A DNA stretch of 64,000 nucleotides from Vicugna vicugna (taxonomy: Eukaryota). Made by a program: the position numbers and the translations under genes. This document shows, one piece after another, positions 37,665 to 51,300 of the stretch. The DNA is taken from contig MU058718.1 in NCBI GenBank assembly GCA_013265495.1, forward strand, positions 124,001-188,000, given 5' to 3'. A model generated the notes under the pieces. That model was not told the DNA's origin, searched no databases, and was given only the letters and a program-made list of their open reading frames with translations. Position 1 is the stretch's first letter; each line of letters opens with the position of its first letter.

Positions 37665-38230
37665 AAACAGAATTACCACATGATCCAGCAATTCTACTTT
37701 TCAGTATATACCTAAAAGAACTAAAAATAGGTAAACAAATACTTGTACACTAAAGTTTATGGCTCTACTATCAAGAACAGCCAACCCAGATTTCCATCAC
37801 TAGATAAATGGATAAATAAATTGGGGTCTATACATAAAATGTATCATTAATTAGCTATAAAAAGAAATGAAGTACTGATACATACTACAACATGGATGAA
37901 TCCTGAAAACATTATGCTAAGAATCCAAACACAAAAGGTCACATATTATATGATTTCACTGTAGAAAATGTTCAGAATATGCAAACCTATAGAGACAAAG
38001 TATTAGTGGTTGGCTAGGGCTGGTTGGGAGTGGGGAGGGATGGAGGGGAGAGAGAGCAGAGAGATGGGAAATGACTGCTAATGGGGTATAGAGTTTCTTT
38101 TGGGGGTGATGAAAATGTCCTAGAAATAGACGTGATGGCTGCACAACTTTGTGACTATACTAAACAGCAGAACTGTATACTTTAAAAAGGTGAATCTTAT
38201 GGTATGTGATTTATAACTAAATTTTAAAAG
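37665..38230 (+). mobile_element. L1 3' fragment (L1MB-like) within older degenerate L1 sequence (~37300-38950)
   Basis: gaattaccacatgatccagcaattc, aaagaaatgaagtactgatacatactacaacatggatgaa and ggggtgatgaaaatgtcctagaa are typical L1 ORF2-end and 3'UTR motifs. Confidence 0.8.
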
Positions 38231-41200
38231 TAAATAGAAGAAAACTGTAAGATTTGAGTTGGGAAAAACATTAAAACTCCAAAACATATGTTACAATTAC
38301 AGTGACCAAAACAGTATGGCAGTAGAGCAGAAACAGGTAACTAATTCAAGAAAATAGCATCCTAAATGATTAAAGATGCATAGTAAGTGGGGAGAATAGG
38401 ATATTTGAATAAACTGAGAAAATTGGATATCTGAGTGAAAAGGTAGATACCTACTACACCATCAAAACTTAAAAGTGCCAGATTGAGTAAAATGTAAAAT
38501 TGAATAATGTTAATCATGAGAAAATGATTTTAAAATCTTTTTTGTAAGTAACTTTTTCCTAAGCAAAAGACAAAAAATATTGACATATCTGACTAAATAT
38601 AAATTTTAAACATCTGTTTAGGGAAAAGACACCATAAAGCTAAAAAACAAACAAAAGACTGGAAGAATAATATTTGTGATAATACACAAAAGATTAATTT
38701 CCATGACATGAAATAGTTCTCCCCAGCCAATAGGGAAGGTGGAGTGTCAAAATTTCAGCATACTATTATTGGTGTAAAACAAACAAAACTGAGGAGACTG
38801 TATAGTTTGCAGATACATAGAAAAATATAAAATGCTCAGCAAATTGGATATTTGAGGAGGTGAGTTAGGGACATATCTTTTTTTGCATCTATTTTCAATG
38901 TTGTTTGAATTTCTGACCATAGTATGTTAATTTTATAATATCAAGAACAATTTTAGAAGGAAAAAAGTCTGAGAAGCAAACCTTAAGTAGCTGAGGGGCA
39001 CTGAAGTATTTTTAAAAGGGAACTAGCATGGTTGGATTAGTATTTTTGACAGATCCCTGAAGCAGCTTCACAAAAAATGGATATGAGAGGCACCAGTTTG
39101 GAAACAGGTATTGATTTATTTCTTTATTCAACAAATGCTTAACACCTGCTGGGGCTTGGCACTGAGCTAAACATAGGGACCAGTTAGAAATGTTGCAAGT
39201 TGTCTCAGCAAAAAGTCATGTACACTAGGTATATATCCAAAGGTCATGTATACAAGGTGTATAATACTGTGGGCACTGGTGCAAGGGGCTTCAGGGAAGG
39301 GAAGACTTTTTTTTGTTTTTTAAGTGAGGGAATGTGGGGATATAGATAAAGCCCTTGTCACTTTTAAGTCATCTGTGGATAATATCCTTCTGATATTCTT
39401 TATATTACAAGAGGACCAAATATTACTGATAAGCATAACCCATTTTTGACAACTCACTTGAAAGAAAAAGCACAAAGCCTGTATCAGCCTTGTTCTTACA
39501 AGTAACTGTCCTATTTTAAGATTCTCTGACTTTGGAAAGTCCAGGTCCCAAAAATCTTTGAAGAAATTTCAAAGCCATCAAGGTCATTTTCTCTGTGTCC
39601 GTTTTTGTTTTTTTTTTTTCATCCCTTGGTTTTGTCAAAAGATGACTAAGAATAGGACACAATATTAACAGTTAACCTAAAGGAACAATATTTTAGTGAA
39701 TCATATTAGAGATATTTTTAATTGTGATTTAATATGCACTGGTTTCTTTTTACACTTGACATGTTCCCATTTTATCACAGCCATCTGCTCTTTCAACAGC
39801 AAGCCAGTTTTAACAAAAGTTAAAGACCATGACTGCACATAATTTTTAATTTTTAAACTTTCTCACCTTAAAATCCACTTTTTAAAAAAGTATCCGCTAA
39901 GTAAAGGGAGGTAGGGGGAAAAAAATCTGCTGATAACTTTGGCAAACAACTGACCCTGCCATCTAGCTTAGGGCATTTTAAAAATGTGAGGGGTGTGGCA
40001 GTAGCTCCTGGATATACCACTATCTTAGGGCTAACTGCTTTATCATCTAGGACTGAGGAAAGGAGCTCCTCTGAGGTTTGCTGGTCAAGCAGGCAATCAC
40101 TATCACCTTGACAAAGTCAACTGCTTGAATGAGTTTTACTTAAACCTGCCATGACACCACCGTAATTCTCCCCAAACCATTTTAGAATTCTATTTCAAAT
40201 GCATGCTGTGGGCAATGCCAAGGAAAATGAAGGTCAGTTTCTAAGAAAGAGCTTACGGCAAGCATGACAGTCACAGGACCTACATACCCTCAGACAGTCC
40301 CAACTTCATAGTATTTTATTATTTTCATGTAAGGTGATTTGTTAAATGTGTTATTCAAGATGATTTAATAGTCATACTCATGAAAGATTTTTCAACACAA
40401 ATAAATGTCAAAACCCAGAAAAAATCTTTTCAGATTCTGTAGAATTTTGGTCCTGAGCGTTTAATCTTATGGAAAAAGCCTCGGCTAATCCGCTCTAGCC
40501 ATCCTGAGAAAGAGACAGTATTCCCAGACAGGAGATCACCAGAAATTACAAAAGATTTTAAAAAACAAAAACAAACAAATAACCAAAAGACAAACAAACA
40601 AAAATTTTAAAACAGCCATTAGCACATACAGAGAGTCTGACCTGGATCTCATAAACAGATGGGAAAAAAAACCCTCCAGTTAAAACACAAAAGATGGTGA
40701 GGGCAGTAGAAAAGACTTAAGACTGAGAAAGGGGGCAATAAGCAGCAATTGCCAAAAGACCTTTTAGTAGAAAAATTTAATTTAGCAATTAGATACTGCT
40801 GTACACTTTAGAAATTATTAACATCTTCAGTTTTGAACAAGAAGACTCACCTGGACATCTAATTTCACATGCACAGTGTCAAATATTTATTCCTTTCAGA
40901 GCCTATCAGATATTTATTCCTTTTAGCCACAACTGTCACTGTCTTAAGCCACAAAAATCTTTTTTTCAAATATATGTAAATATATACATTCTTCAATAGA
41001 GGAATCTAGGAAAAGTGCCTGAGAGGCCCACATTCCCCTTCTCAGAGATTACAGTTAATTTCTTCCACCTCAGCTGCTACAATGGTATCCTAATATACCT
41101 TCCTACTCTGGCCTTATCTAAAAGGAACCATCAATGAATAGACCAAGGAGAACTTAGTGAACTATGAGGTGGCCTGGTAGGAGAGACTAATCAACCCAAA

Positions 41201-41707
41201 CACATCAAATCTAACAGGGGGAGGAGGACACTGAATTTGAATACTCTTTGGTGAAGTGTGAAGACAAAGTCACAAGATTCACTAGATAATGGAGTAATAA
41301 ACGCCTGCTGCAGAGTGGATGAGCTGACCAGGTCTTCAGATCTAGCCACTGACAGGCAACTGGAATTGGTACAGAATCTAAGAAAATTAGGTTCTACAGT
41401 TCCAATTCTCTGCAAGACCAAACTATGTAACCTGATATTGTTCTGTTTTATGTGTTTCCTTATGTCCCCACACATCCAAAAGAAAAACTAACAATGGATC
41501 ACCTGGTTCAACACCTACTTATAGATGGCTACTTCTTCCTTTCTGGAAATAAAAAATATTCTAGAATGAGTAAAACTTTTTCATGACTGCATTTATATAT
41601 GATTTGCAAACCAACAGGAGACTGGCTAAGCCTGCTAAGAATTCCCTTAAATTGTTGAGTCTATTTACCTTCTTTTTTTTTTTTTTTTCCCCAAGAATCA
41701 GATCCCA

Positions 41708-41895
41708 GACTTCTGGATAAGGATGCAGGCCAAGATGGCAGAGTAGAAGGAGCTAGAGCTCACCTCCTCTCACAAACACACCAAAATAACTACAGAAGAA
41801 CTAATCATAAAAAAGACTGGAACCAACTGACACAACAGTGTAAACAGACTATACTTCAATTTAAAAAAAAAACTGGAGCCTACCAGAAAAGATAT
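41708..41895 (+). mobile_element. LINE-1-type 5' end fragment with a YY1-like motif, interrupted by a tiny L1 3' tip
   Basis: gacttctgg...caagatggcagagtagaaggagctagagctcacctcctctcacaaacacaccaaaa resembles L1 5' termini (AAGATGGC at 41732-41739). Confidence 0.6.
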
Positions 41896-42251
41896 AAACC
41901 CATAGAGATGAAGAGAACTATAGATTACAGCCACAAATTTTTGAAAGCTGGGAGATAAATGGATAAGAAGTTAAGGACTCAAAGGCACAAGCAAACTGAA
42001 TCCTCAAGTAAGCATCAGGGAATTCTCCCCCAAAAGGCTCAGCAGGAATAAAATGAGAAGAATTAACAGAAAATCTTTTTGAAATGCCATTCACAGATCC
42101 ACACTCTCAGGCAGGCAGAAAAATGCCCTTCCCTCACCCTTGCAAAAGGCTGAAGGTAATCTAAGGAGGCTTATAAATAAACAGAGGTTTAAAGGGACCT
42201 GGGATCACCAGGGTAAGGTGAAGGCAGTTTAAGTTAACATATGTACTAGAT

Positions 42252-42632
42252 CCCAGTCTATGGTGTGTTAATATTTAACAACTGGCTGGGGGTTGGGGAG
42301 GGAGGCATCGGGGGAGACAAGGGTAGTTATTTGTAATATTTGCTGACTCCACAACTGCTTCAAGCTACTAAATGATGTCACTGAATGTGGAGTTCAGAAG
42401 AGACGCACAGTAGCCTATTAATTCACAGTATTCCCATCATATAGATAGAATATACACAATCTCAAGAGCATCCACAATAACAAGATGTAATAAAGTAAAC
42501 AGGAAGTGATGAGGTTTTAGTATTCGATTTTAATAAAGTCTGCATAATCTTTAATAATTGTTGTATTTAGCAACTCGCTTGAAAAGTTTCTAAAAATTTA
42601 ACTGTCTCTGATGTGCCAGTACTAGCCACTAA
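42252..42632. mobile_element. MER63-like hAT-Blackjack DNA transposon
   Basis: ccagt...atatttaacaactggct, agaagagacgcacagtagc, ggaagtgatgaggttttagtatt and aaaatttaac...gccagtac resemble the recalled MER63 consensus. Confidence 0.55.
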
Positions 42633-42965
42633 CCCCAGGCCCCTTTATCAATACCTTTCCCAAAAAGCTGACAGTCAGGCCTTTACTTCTAAGCAGTGGA
42701 GATTAGAAGAGACTTCTCTGGGGAATCTGACCAGCAATTAGTTCACAACGACAAATGTAAAGATAATGATAAGTTCACAAACTAAATTTGATCAGCCAGA
42801 TCCTCCTCCTTCAAAATCCAAAACTGGTAAGTCCCACTTGCATGTTCAGTTTCCAGTCAGCTTCTTAGGATCCCACTCTTAAATATTAGCAAAAAGCCAA
42901 GTTGTTAGACATCTCTAGTATAAAAGATAGAAATGGAAACAGAAAAAGCAAGTTGTAAGAGAGAC

Positions 42966-43139
42966 CAGGGTCAGCTTCATAGGCCTGTGACCTGGGCAGT
43001 CACACAGCGCCCTGTACTTGGAAGAGCTCCATGTTAGGTTTACTATTCTGCTTTGCTGTCTTGGAATTGATTAATGTTGAACAAGGGATCTCTCATTTTC
43101 ATTCTGTACTCAGCCCTGCAAATTATATAACTAGCCCTG
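42966..43139. mobile_element. MER45A-like hAT-Tip100 MITE
   Basis: 174 bp with CAGGG...CCCTG terminal inverted ends and internal gcttcat..gtgacctg..gcagtcacacag and ttttcatt...gcaaattat motifs. Confidence 0.7.
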
Positions 43140-43149
43140 ACAGACTATG

Positions 43150-45014
43150 CAGGCAGAAGAAAACTCTGGGGAGAAAGATACCATGAATATTTTCAGAAAC
43201 ATAAAGGAAAATATTACAAACACGAAACAAGAAAAGTATGCTAAAAAAAAAACAGAAAGAAAGAAAGAGAGTCAGAAAGTAAGAATGATAATAAGCATGC
43301 CTTCTTGGTAATTAAAAATGTAATAACTGAAATGAAAAACTCATAGAATAGCATAATAACACTGGAAGATCAGTCCCGGGTGTCCAATATCTGAATAATA
43401 AGAGTTCAAAAGGGGCTAAAAAGGAAAAGGAGGGAAGAAAGTCATCAACAAAATCATTCTCTGATTGAAAGGGTTCATCAAGTGCTCAGCACAATAGATG
43501 GAACCAAACTCACACGAAGGCGCATTGTAGTACAATTTCAAACACTGAGAAAAGAACTGATAGCGTAAATTAACCAGGAACCTAATGGCTTTGGGCTTTT
43601 TAGAGCAATGCAGTAAGCCCGGAGGAAACCAGAAGACAATAAAGACATGCCTTGAAAATTTAAAAGGAAAATCTGCAAGTTAGAATTCTATACCCAGACA
43701 AACAATCAATTTAAGAATAAGGACAGAATCAGACATTTTCAGTCATTCAAGGTTTAAATCCCATGAACCTCCTTCTTGGGCAGCTACGGGAGCATACATT
43801 CGGACAAAATAAGAAACAGGGAGACATGAGATCTAGAAAACAAGAAATCCAATAGAAAGAGGCAAAGAGTAACCCTAAGATGCTAGTAAAGGTAAGCCCC
43901 AGATTAAGAAGTGTGCATAAAAACAGTGGGCAACCAGTCCAGATGGGAGCACATCTTCAGGAATATGAGAAGCTAATAGAATGCCTGAAGTGTACGAATT
44001 TCCTGAAAGGAAATCTGGACAAGTTGCAGTTTGAACTATACTAGTAAAAAGCTAATATAAAAGTAAATAACAACAAAGAAAAATATAAATTTCAGGGGAA
44101 ATCAGAAGTTGTATAGAATAGCAAAAATGTTCACAGATTACTACATGGCCTAACTGTGAATAGCACATTCAGCCTTAACTGTGTAAACACTGAATACTGA
44201 GCTAAGCAAAGTTATGAACACCTATACAGGATGGGAAACAAAAAGGGAACCTGGGGGTGTGGGGAAAAAAACTAAATCCTCATCTTCCATAACGGAAAAT
44301 CAAGAGATATCTGAAACTGAGAAATCAAGAAATCAGCATACAAGAATGCTGTTGAGAATGACAGGGTTCAGAACTCACTACCTGCAAATATGATGCCTTG
44401 ACATACTAAATATTTTAAGCTGAAGAAATCTGAAAAATGGCAGACGCAAGAAGGATTCTCTGACCTTTTCCACCCTGAAGCAGATCCTAAGATCCTCATG
44501 TAATAAATGTTCTCCCTATACCTGGAGGAAGGGGACATCCTTACATGTGAAAATGGAAGGACAGAGACAGAAATCCAAAGGAACTGGCCCTGTTAAGTTT
44601 CCCTAGTTTACTATCCTTAGCTCATATTCTTCCATGACTCCCTACTCTTTCAAACCTAGTATAAAATGCTCAGGATTAACCACATCTTCAGGTCTTCATT
44701 TCCTTATGAAGGTTCCCATGTCACACAAAACCTATATTAAATAAATATGTATGCTTTTCTCTTATTAGTGTGTCTTTTGTCAGTCCAATTTACAGGGCCC
44801 TAGCTGGAGAACCTAGGAGGGTAGTAGGAAAAAGAATTTACTCCCCTACAAGAACACAAAGGTAAGACTTAGCTATAAGAAATTAGTTTTTGCTTCTAGG
44901 GAGGGAGAAGTGAGGGATGAAATGGAAGGAGAACTGCTGCTTTTCAAAACAAATCTTACAGAGCTATTGAATCTTTAAACTATGCACATTTAACTCTCTG
45001 ACAGAAAAAATAAA
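43150..45014 (+). mobile_element. HAL1-like (ORF1-only L1 relative) fossil
   Basis: Degenerate ORF1-like motifs (gattgaaagggttcatcaagtgctcagc; agaattctatacccagacaaacaatca) and a 3' end agagctattgaatctttaaactatgcac...A-rich tail resembling HAL1. Confidence 0.5.
44359..44850 (+). mobile_element. Solo ERV1 LTR (MER34-like)
   Basis: TG...CTCCCCTACA termini with a perfect AGAA TSD (44355-44358 and 44851-44854), TATAAAA at 44660-44666 and AATAAA at 44740-44745. Confidence 0.85.
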
Positions 45015-45028
45015 AAATAAAAATATGA

Positions 45029-47986
45029 ACAACCACTCAAAACCTATGGGACACAGCAAAGGCAGTGCTAAGAGGGAAGTTTATAGCGATACAGGCCTTC
45101 CTCAAAAAAGAAGAACAATCTCAAATAAACAAGTTAACCCACCACCTAAATCAATTAGAAAAAGAAGAACAAAAAGCCCCAAAAAGCAGCAGAAGGAAGG
45201 AAATAATAAAGATCAGAGAGGAATTAAATACAATAGAGATTAACAAGACCATAGAAAAAATCAACCAAACCAAAAGTTGGTTTTTTGAAAAAGTAAATAA
45301 AATCGACAAACCTCTGGCCAAACTCACAAAGAAGAAAAAAGAGAGAGCACAAATTAGCAAAATAAGAAAGGAAAATGGAGAAATTACAACAAACAAAATA
45401 GAAATACAGAATATCATATGAGAATATTATGAAAAACTATATGGAACCAAACTGGATAACCTAGAGGAGATGGACAAGTTTCTGGAAACATACTGTCCAC
45501 CAAAACTGAATCAAGAAGAAACTGAACACTTGAACAATCCGATCACTAGAAAGGAAATAGAAATAGCAATTAAAAACCTCCCTACAAATAAAAGTCCAGG
45601 ACCGGACGGCTTCACCGGGGAATTCTACCAAACATACAAAGAAGAACTCATACCAGTCCTTCTCAAACTCTTCCAGACGATTGAAAAGGAGGGAATACTC
45701 CCAAACTCATTCTATGAAGCCACCATCACCCTGATACCAAAACCAGGCAAAGACACTACAAAAAAAGAGAATTATAGGCCAATATCACTGATGAACATAG
45801 ACGCCAAAATCCTCACCAAAATTTTAGCAAATAGAATCCAACAACACATAAAAAAGATTATACATCATGACCAAGTGGGGTTCATCCCAGGGACACAAGG
45901 CTGGTTCAACATACGCAAATCAATCAATGTAATACATCACATCAACAAGAGAAAGGACAAAAACCACATGATCATCTCAATCGATGCAGAAAAAGCATTT
46001 GATAAAATTCAACACCCATTTATGATAAAAACTCTCGCCAAAGTGGGTATAGAGGGAACATATCTCAACATAATAAAAGCTATATATGACAAACCTACAG
46101 CCAGCATAGTTCTCAACGGTGAAAAACTCAAAAGCTTCCCACTAAAATCTGGGACAAGACAAGGATGCCCACTATCACCACTCCTATTCAACATAGTCCT
46201 GGAAGTCCTAGCCACAGCAATCAGGCAAGAGAAAGAAATAAAAGGGATCCAAATTGGAAAAGAAGAGGTAAAAGTGTCATTATATGCTGACGACATGTTA
46301 CTATATATAGAAAACCCTAAAAGGTCCACAAAAAAGCTACTAGAGCTGATCGAAGAATTCAGCAAGGTAGCAGGTTACAAAATTAATGTTCAAAAATCAG
46401 TTGCCTTTCTTTACACTAACGATAAATCAACAGAAAAAGAAAGTAAAGAAACAATCCCCTTTAAAATAGCACCCAAAGTAATAAAATATCTGGGAATAAA
46501 TCTAACCAAGGAGGTGAAAGAATTATACACAGAAAACTATAAACCATTGATGAAGGAAATTAAAGAAGACTTTAAAAAATGGAAAGATATTCCATGCTCT
46601 TGGATTGGAAGAATCAATATTGTTAAAATGGTCACACTGCCCAAGGCAATCTACAGATTTAATGCAATCCCTATCCAATTACCCAGGACATATTTCACAG
46701 AACTAGAACAAATCATAATAAAATTTATATGGAACCATCAAAGACCTAGAATTGCTAAAGCATTACTGAAGAGAAAGAAAGAGGCTGGAGGAATAACTCT
46801 CCCAGACTTCAGACAATACTATAGAGCTACAGTCATCAAGACAGCATGGTATTGGTACCAAAACAGACATATAGACCAATGGAACAGAATAGAGAGCCCA
46901 GAAATGAACCCACAAACTTTTGGTCAACTCATCTTCGACAAAGGAGGCAAGAATATACAATGGAATAAAGACAGTCTCTTCAGCAAATGGTGTTGGGAAA
47001 ACTGGACAGCAGCATGTAAAACAATGAAGCTAGAACACACCCTTACACCATATACAAAAATCAACTCAAAATGGATTAAAGACTTAAACATAAGACAAGA
47101 TACAATAAACCTCCTAGAGGAAAACATAGGCAAAACATTATCTGACATACATTTCAAAAATTTTCTCCTAGAAGAAATAAAAGCAAGAATAAACAAATGG
47201 GACCTAATGAAACTTACAAGCTTCTGCAGAGCAAAGGAAACCAGAAATAAAACAAGAAGAAAACCTACGGAATGGGAGAAAATTTTTGCAAGTGAAACCG
47301 ACAAAGGCTTGATCTCCAAAATATATAAGCAGCTCATACGACTCAATAAGAAAAAAATAAACAACCCAATCCAAAAATGGGCAGAAGACCTAAACAAGCA
47401 ATTCTCCAAGGAAGACATACAAATGATCAAAAAGCACATGAAAAAATGTTCAATATCACTAATTATCAGAGAAATGCAAATCAAAACTACAATGAGGTAT
47501 CACCTCACACCAGTCAGAATGGCCGTCATTCAAAAATCCAAAAATGACAAATGCTGGAGAGGCTGTGGAGAAAGGGGAACCCTCCTACACTGCTGGTGGG
47601 AATGCAGTTTGGTGCAGCCACTATGGAAAACAGTGTGGAGATTCCTCAAAAGACTAGGAATAGACTTACCATATGACCCAGGAATCCCACTCCTGGGCTT
47701 GTATCCAGAAGGAAATCTACTTCAGGATGACACCTGCACCCCAATGTTCATAGCAGCACTATTTACAATAGCCAAAACATGGAAACAGCCTAAATGTCCA
47801 TCAACAGGTGACTGGATAAAGAAGATGTGGTATATTTATACAATGGAATACTACTCAGCCATAAAAACCGACAACATAATGCCATTTGCAGCAACATGGA
47901 TGCTCCTAGAGAATGTCATTCTAAGTGAAGTAAGCCAGAAAGAGAAAGAAAAATACCATATGAGATCGCTCATATGTGGAATCTAA
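45029..47986 (+). pseudogene. L1 ORF2 remnant: no endonuclease domain, one in-frame TGA at 45419-45421, then an open 838-aa frame (45470-47986) with RT and C-terminal CCHC domains
   Basis: [31 protein letters not shown] (46283-46294), KYLGINLT and [18 protein letters not shown] are present. The two ORF-track entries 45065-45421 and 45470-47986 are in the same frame. Confidence 0.93.
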
Positions 47987-48315
47987 AAAACAAAAACAAA
48001 CAAACAAACAAAAACAAAGCATAAATACAGGACAGAAATAGACTCATGGACAGAGAATACAGACTTGTGGTTACCAGGGGGGTAGAGGGTGGGAAGGGAT
48101 AGACTGGGATTTCAAAATTGTAGAATAGATAAACAAGATTACACTGTATAGCACAGGGAAATATACACAAAATGTTATGATAAATCACAGAGAAAAAAAT
48201 GTGACAATGAGTGTGTATATGTCCATGAATGACTGAAAAATTGTGCTGAACACTGGAATTTGACACAACACTGTAAAATGATTATGAATCAATAAAAATG
48301 TAAAAAAAAATAAAT
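45029..48315 (+). mobile_element. Young 5'-truncated LINE-1 insertion, antisense to FBXO34
   Basis: ORF2 from TTTQNLWDTAKAVLRGKF to ...SLICGI*, then a 3'UTR with AATAAA and an A-rich tail. Flanked by the 14-bp TSD aaataaaaatatga (45015-45028 and 48316-48329). Confidence 0.97.
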
Positions 48316-51300
48316 AAATAAAAATATGAGAAAAACTAGCAGAAGCTCAGATTGATTTAGCTCATGATTTCTTTTTCAGATTACAAGTTTTCTCAAGAAA
48401 TTTTTCTCCTTTCATTTTTTGTATTTCCAGTTTTTCTACAATTTATTACTCATATAATAAAAATCTAGTAATCATCCTACTTCTGTCTGATATTCAGAAT
48501 TATCTATAACTCCAACTACTATGTAAGGGTATTCCTATATCATAGGATACCTAATCTGGCCCAGCTCAGGAAAAGGTGGTTACCACAGCAGTTTGGCTGT
48601 GACCCCCTATCTCACAGTGGTTTCCCTCTGCAAGCTTACATTCTTTCAGACCACTATAAAGAGACTTTCCACTTAACCCTGTGAAAAATTCAAAGAATAA
48701 ACACAACAAACTCTAGAATGTATGTTTAAGGGGGAACAAATTCAAGTTCTTTCTAAATTAAGAGCTTTCAGTACATATAAATTACAACATACAATACATT
48801 ATTTTAATGCAATTGGATGGCACTTGTCTTTATTCTTTCTTTATATAGCTGTCAGGTTGAATCTTATTGAGCTAGTAAAGTAATTATAGTCAGTTTACAA
48901 AACACAGTTCAGGTAAGTAAATACTGTCACATCCTCTGTGAACCTCCAGATTGAATGATGATGATGGTCACAGCCCTCATAGGATGTTTAAGGAGGAATC
49001 TGCTTAAGCACAGAGAACTGAGCCAAACTGCAGACAGATGTCCAGCCAAAGCAGCTACACATGTTTTCACTTACTCCTTTAAGAGCGATTTGATTTGTTT
49101 GGATTTGGTATAGAATCATTTCTGGATTTAAGGAAAACTAAACAAGGTTTTACAGCTTGTTACGTTGGCAGGCAGGCAGCCATGAAGAAACCCTAATCTA
49201 AAAAAGATTCCTTTTGTACTTAGAATTGAGGTGGGACAGACATACCTAAGGCATGGTCTACATTTCTCATCTTCATTCTGCCTAATCATGGCAAAGATTA
49301 TTTTGCCTTCATTATTAATTAGTAAACTCGATCATGATAATGTAGGATCATGAACACTCTTCACACACCCCAATGCCAGTAAAATATGCCTTTGGCATTA
49401 AAAAAAAAAAAACTTAAATTTTTCTCAAACTGGCAACAAAAACAAGCTGCTACCAGAAGAGTTTCGTTTTTTTCTCAAAGTCAAATTAAACTTTGCCAAT
49501 GTACACAGAGAACCTACTTTCAGTTTAGTGGCTGTTAACCAACTTAATCTTAGGACACTCAAAAAGTCATGTTCACACTAGACTACTTTAGGTAAATAAT
49601 ACTAATCTCTTCCGGCTTCTAGACAGCTCAAAGCCTTAGGAAAGTTCATCTCGTTTCTTGCCACCTCCATCCAACACCATCTAACCCTCCGCCAAAAAGC
49701 AGCTTTCTTGTTATGTTTTGTTTTTGAAACAGTTCGCTTTTTCCATTCTGAGTTTTCCCAAACTATTTCAGGGTTCTGACAATTCTGCCAGTGACTAAGT
49801 CTCCTCCTGGGAATAGCAGCCTCATTATCACTATTAAAAACAGTCACTCCTAACGCTGACTGATAAGGATCTGGAAACTCATTGTAACTTTGGGAATGCA
49901 AATCCCACCCTACCCAATCTAAAGATAAATGCATTACAAATGGAATAAAAGACTCACCACAGGACAGAACTGGAGCAGTCTTTGTGTTCCAATTAAGCTA
50001 TTGAATTTTGTATGTAATCCTAATTCTTACTAATATGAAGAATTTACTATTTCCTTCCTCATTAATACGTAAATTACTAAGAGCCAAGCAAGCACAAAAG
50101 AAAAAAGGTTAAAAAAAAAATCACCACACACACAACACAAAAACTCAGCAGCAAATACCCTCAAGTTTTTAAGGTTATAAGCCTTCCAACTTATCTTCTG
50201 TTTCAGAAATATTTTGTGCAGCACATGTGTTGTGTGGGTAACTTTTGTTCTTGGCAAGCTAGTCCTCTCCTGGCTTGGAAAACAGCAGATAACCTAAAAT
50301 GAGAGATCTTTCTCTATATCTCTCAAATGCAACAACTACTTAGAAACTTAATTCTTGCAAAAAGGACATCCAAAATAGAGATGATCATAAATTTCCTTCT
50401 ATCATCACCATTTTGTTTGCATCTAGCTTGCTCAGTATTAGTGGAAAGTCACATAATCAGGGTCCATCATTTTGGAAACCTGAGAGAGTAATACAGAGAT
50501 AATTCCCCCATCCACAAACAGCTCTCCAAAAAAAGTGTCCAGCAAGTTTTTTCACGTCAACCAGAATCAACCTGGGCCATTTTGTACTCACTGCAAAGAA
50601 TACATAGCTCAGGAGTATGTAACCCTTTTAGTGCCATAAACTCCTCGGGCAGTATGCAAAGACTATAGACTCCAGAATATTTGTTAAAGCAAAAATACAC
50701 ACACGAAGAAAGCCAATTACATTAGAATACAGTTATCAAAGTATTTAAAACATATAATATTCAATACACTTATTTCCTGTTTAGTACACAAAATAAGCTC
50801 TAATGGCAAATCTATCCACTACCATAATTTCCAAATTACAACCAACATAAATGATATTTTCAAGATATCTACAACAACTGCAGTGTGATCGTAAAAATAT
50901 GTGAGACTCCCAATTGATGACAATATCATAAGGATTGCTAACCTGCTGTGGTTTTGAAGGAAATGGTAAATTTCAGTTAGAGATGAGTGAAAACAAGTAT
51001 CTAATTAGTGAAAACAAGTACCTAACATTTTTCTCACTCAGGTTCGTGGACCCCTGAGGCTTTTGAAGCATAATCATTCTGAAACATATAAGAAGGCATT
51101 TAGAGATCACTTGGTTCAACCTCTTCATTTTAAAGATAAGGGAACTAAGGAGGAACACATGATACTGCTTGAAGTATCTTCATTTCAAATCACTGAGTTC
51201 TTTTTAAAGTAAACCACTGTTTTCTTCTAAAAATCTGAACCTCACATATAGGCATATTTAATCTGCACCTCTGTTTGATCATCTGTAAAATGAAGATAAT

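Noticed and set aside
45151..48266. Minus-strand hydrophobic ORFs (45151-45417, 46009-46365, 46924-47484, 47970-48266)
   Set aside because: They are the familiar antisense translations of A-rich L1 sequence.
48526..48552. Short inverted repeat ggtattcctat-atc-ataggatacc
   Set aside because: A ~10-bp imperfect stem is expected by chance in 64 kb and is too short for a pre-miRNA.
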